NCBI RefSeq assembly: GCF_009914755.1
Contig: NC_060932.1
Reading direction: 5' to 3' (one strand)
Source: the human T2T-CHM13v2.0 reference genome, Homo sapiens
DNA length: 64,000 nt
The number at the start of each line of letters is the position of its first letter. Position 1 is the first letter of the stretch. The notes under the pieces are model-generated. The model saw only the letters and a program-made list of their open reading frames with translations. It was not told where the DNA came from and ran no database searches. Below, piece after piece: positions 60,461 to 64,000 of this stretch. Made by a program: the position numbers and the translations under genes.

Positions 60461-60618
60461 ATTTTATTTTATTTTATTTTATTTTTTTTCCTTTTTCTGG
60501 AGAACGGGGTCTCACTATATTGCCCAGGCAGGTCTCGAACTCCTGGGCTCAAGCTATCCTCCCACCTCTTAGCCTCCCTGAGAGCTGGGATTACAGGCGT
60601 GAGCCACCGCGCCCGGCC
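60461..60618 (-). mobile_element. Alu monomer (FLAM-like)
   Basis: TSD GAGGCTGATTTT. Confidence 0.85.
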
Positions 60619-60629
60619 GAGGCTGATTT

Positions 60630-60915
60630 TATGCACATTTGTGTGCACACAGATCCACGTGCACAAGCACACACACGTGCACACACTCACGTTCACACAC
60701 ATATACATACACACACGTCCATAGGCACAGACATGCACGTGTACACACACAGACACATTTTAGCATACGCACATGTGCACAGGCACAGACACGCACATAT
60801 GTGTTGTACCCACGTATTTTCACATACACATATACACATGTACAAGCACAGACACGCATAGGTGTACACACACATTTTCACACACACATGCACATATGCG
60901 CTTGCACACACCTAT
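60630..60915. repeat. Degenerate purine-pyrimidine (CA/TG/CG) tract
   Basis: Directly visible alternating RY sequence. Confidence 0.88.
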
Positions 60916-61091
60916 GCAGGCACCATCCCCCTTTGCAGACACCGCAAGGGTTCGTTTCTGTGGTTTCACTTCTCCCTCTGGGCCGGCTTCTGTGACTGCC
61001 CTCGCCAGATTCCCCAGGATCCACCTGTCGGGTGGTTTAAACCATGGCAGCATAAGCCATGGTTGCTCTCAGCCCTGACCTCCCTGGAATT

Positions 61092-61131
61092 GGGCTTTGT
61101 TCCCAGGGCTTTGTTCCCAGGGCTTTGTTCC
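61092..61131. repeat. 14-bp tandem repeat, ~3 copies (GGGCTTTGTTCCCA)
   Basis: Directly visible. Confidence 0.9.
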
Positions 61132-61898
61132 GCCCTGAAACAGTCTTGGGATTGGGCCTTGGAAATGCACAGAGTCCGGGAGAGGTGGAGGGCTGACACA
61201 GTTCTCACGTGAGCCCTGTTCAAAGCTGCCTTCATTTAGTGCTCACGTGTGCTGGACACTGTGTTCCTGGCCCACATTTCAGTTTTGTAACTGTCCTGTG
61301 CAGGAGGTACAACATCTCCTTCCCACAACTCCAGGGATGCCATTCATGCAGGCTGCATGGCTGTATTCAGGGAGCACCATTTACATTCTACTGCCCATGA
61401 GTGGTGGTACCAGAGCTGTGCTGCAGTGGGCTCCTTGGTTATCTCTCTTTAGATGAGGACACTCCAGAAGCATGAAGTTAAGTGACTGCCCAGTTATCAA
61501 AGCAGAGAGCTAGAAAGTGCAGGGTCCTGCCTGCTACCCCAACCCCTCCCGCAGTGTACACATACTCAGCTTAAAGCCACACCTGGACCTGGGCTTTATT
61601 AGAAAGTTTCCTCCTGCTTTCCTCCCGTTTGGTGACTGGGAGCCAGTCCCTCTGCCTGCCATGTACCAGCTGTACAAGGAGGTGAGAAGATGTCCTCTGA
61701 GAAAAGCAAATGCCACTTCTGCAAATGCTACATGAGGCTCCTGCTGAGACCCTCACTCTTCAAGTTTTAGAGCCTTCTGAGGGGCTTGCATTCCTTCTTT
61801 CTCCTGCTTTCTGCAGAGAAGTACACAAACACAGAAAGAAAGGGCCCTGGCTTTGCTGAAGAGGAAAATGCTCTCAGAGAGTTGTTATTCTGGTTGCT

Positions 61899-62261
61899 TG
61901 TATTCATCCATTTTCATACTACTGTAAAGAAATACGTGAGACTGGGTAATTTATAAAGAAAAGAGATTTAATTGACTTACAGTTCTGCATGGCTGGGGAG
62001 GCCTCAGGAAACTTATAATCATGGTGGAAGGTGAAGGGGAAGCAGGTTCCGTCTTATGTGGCGGCAAGAGAGCGAGTGAGCAGAAGGCAAACTGCCACTT
62101 TTAAACCATCAGATCTCGTGAGAACTCACTCATTATCACAAGATCTGCATGGGGGAAACCTTCCCCATAATCCAGTCACCTCCTACAGGTCCCTCCTTCA
62201 ACATGTGTGGATTACAATTTGAGATGAGATTTGGGTGGGGACACAGAGCCAAACCATGTCA
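61899..62261 (-). mobile_element. MaLR solo LTR (THE1/MST type)
   Basis: TG...CA ends and 5-bp TSD TTGCT (61894-98, 62262-66). Signatures GAGACTGGGTAATTTATAAAGAAAAGAG and GAGATTTGGGTGGGGACACAG. Confidence 0.9.
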
Positions 62262-63279
62262 TTGCTATTTCAACCAGAGAAATTGAAACCATTTTTACGT
62301 GATTAGGCCCAGCAGCTGTTGCCCTGAGAACTTCAGAATCCCCAGCAACTGATTATGGAGTCTCCTTGAGGGCTGGCAGATCCAGGGATGCACCAGTATG
62401 GGATGCAGTTTTTCAGCTGATTTAGAGGCCCCTCTTGTATGCCAGGCCCTGAGTCCTTTTAGCCATATGACAGCCCAATGAGGCGAGGAGGGGGGATGCA
62501 GGGGGTTTGAAAGGCTTGGATAGTGGCAGAGCGTGATTAGAACTCAAGCCCACAGGCACCTGCCGGCTGACGTCTCCTCTCATGGTGAGTTTGTCAAGAG
62601 GGATCTGTTGTGTGTTAAACCCTGTGTGGGTGATAAAGAGAACAAGTATGGAACAATTTTGTGTGAATTTTAGCTTCCCAGTCTACTTGGGGAGGTGCTG
62701 CTGATGGAATGAAACACATCCCAGTGTAACTTCTCTGTAGTTTGGTGACCTATCCATCACTAGCATGATGGTTCTCTTGGATTTGAACTTTCCAAAACAT
62801 GTTCCTAACCCACTAGGCCTTTCTTCCCAACCCACCATGTGAGACCACCCAGTAGGATTTTCCCTCGTTTTCCACCCAGAGGATTGGAAAGGACACTAGG
62901 GAGTGCAGACATCTGGAACTGAACCATCTGTGGCTGAGAGGAGTGGCGACTGAGCCTGCGTGCCAATCCGGGCAGTGCCTGGCATTGTGGGGATGCAAAA
63001 CAGATAAGAAAGTGATCCTTTCTGAAGGGACTGTGGACAAGGCGAGGAGAAAGAGGTAGACAGAAAGTGAGTGTAGAGATAGAATTTGACAGTGGCTCTG
63101 AGCTGTAAGACTGATGTCTGGGAAGAGAGTGGGGACTTGGAGATGAGGATAATGAAGAACCCTTCACAGGGACGGGCACTTTCCAGCAGGCCTTGTAGAA
63201 TGACAGATGTCCTGACACTGCTCTGTGTCCCTGGACAGGTCATTTCCCTTTCTGAGTTACCTCATCATTAAAATCAGAA

Positions 63280-63392
63280 GATAGGCGTAGTGGCTTGTAC
63301 CTGTCATCCCAGCACTTTGGGAGGCCGAGGTGGGAAGATTGCTTGAGCCCAGGAGTTCAAGACCAACCTGGGCAACATGGCGAAACCCCGTG
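63280..63392 (+). mobile_element. Alu left monomer
   Basis: CCCAGCACTTTGGGAGGCCGAGG...GGCAACATGGCGAAACCCCG. Confidence 0.85.
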
Positions 63393-64000
63393 TTGGGACA
63401 ATAAATGGAGTAGTCACCTGTATCTCTGGGAGGTGCTGAGGGTTCTAGTGGAGTCCATCTCACACTTCACACCCATGCAAGACGTCCCTGTCCCCGCCTG
63501 GTGCTGCCGGGCCACAGGCATCTCTGCTGTAAGTGGAGAGAGAGGGCTTCTCCTTCAGCTGTCTTAGGAATGAAAAACATTTGGGTGTTTAATATGCTTT
63601 TTCAAGAGCCCTTTGCTTGGATTGTGGATTTCTAGACATCCCTTTTCACATAGTTGATGCCTGAAAGGCCAAATGTGAATGAAGTTGTCTCAGCTCTGCT
63701 AAATTAGATTACCAGTTAATGCAATTACAGAATTTAATCTTTTGGCCAAGCTCTGGTGGAGACAAGGTAACCAATTCAGTTATAGGGGCTCAGTTATTTC
63801 TTGTGAAAAATAACAGTGTTCTGTGGAGCAGCCTAGACTGAAATACCATGAACATAAAATGAAATCATTTATATGCTTAGCAAACATTTTTGAGCACCTG
63901 CTGTGTATCAGACAGGACATTGGGAGCTATTGGGGGCAGGGCATGGAAGATACTAAGCAGTGAGTAAGCCCCAGTCCCTCCCCTCCAAGAGTTCAAGCCA

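Noticed and set aside
59341-61078. Cys/Val- or His/Thr-rich ORFs
   Set aside because: These are translations of CA/TG simple repeats.

Overview
Human/primate genomic DNA covering the 5' part of DPYSL2 (CRMP2, dihydropyrimidinase-related protein 2) on the + strand. It contains a CpG-island promoter (GC box, octamer, CCAAT, NRF1 and E2F motifs) and a pyrimidine-rich 5' leader with a (CT)11 repeat. Seven coding exons (8978-9016, 12686-12774, 14515-14699, 54869-55033, 57339-57400, 57937-58017, 58594-58662) splice in frame with GT-AG boundaries to give residues 1-230 of the short CRMP2 isoform; the gene continues past the window end. The rest is intron, including a ~40 kb intron 3, filled with Alu, L1, L2, MIR, MER5, LTR and simple repeats. 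The most unusual object is a 652-bp ERV1 (LTR10-like) LTR at 32421-33072. It has an inverted copy of its own 3' end at its 5' end, giving 56-bp terminal inverted repeats bounded by a 4-bp target-site duplication, and shows a strong strand-specific TC depletion consistent with APOBEC3 hypermutation. Other points of interest are a perfect 5x60-bp minisatellite, a back-to-back pair of palindromic RFX X-boxes in intron 4, a triple-Alu insertion hotspot, and inverted Alu pairs. I found no novel protein-coding system, and the other listed ORFs look spurious. Repeat family names come from recall of consensus sequences and repeat boundaries are approximate.
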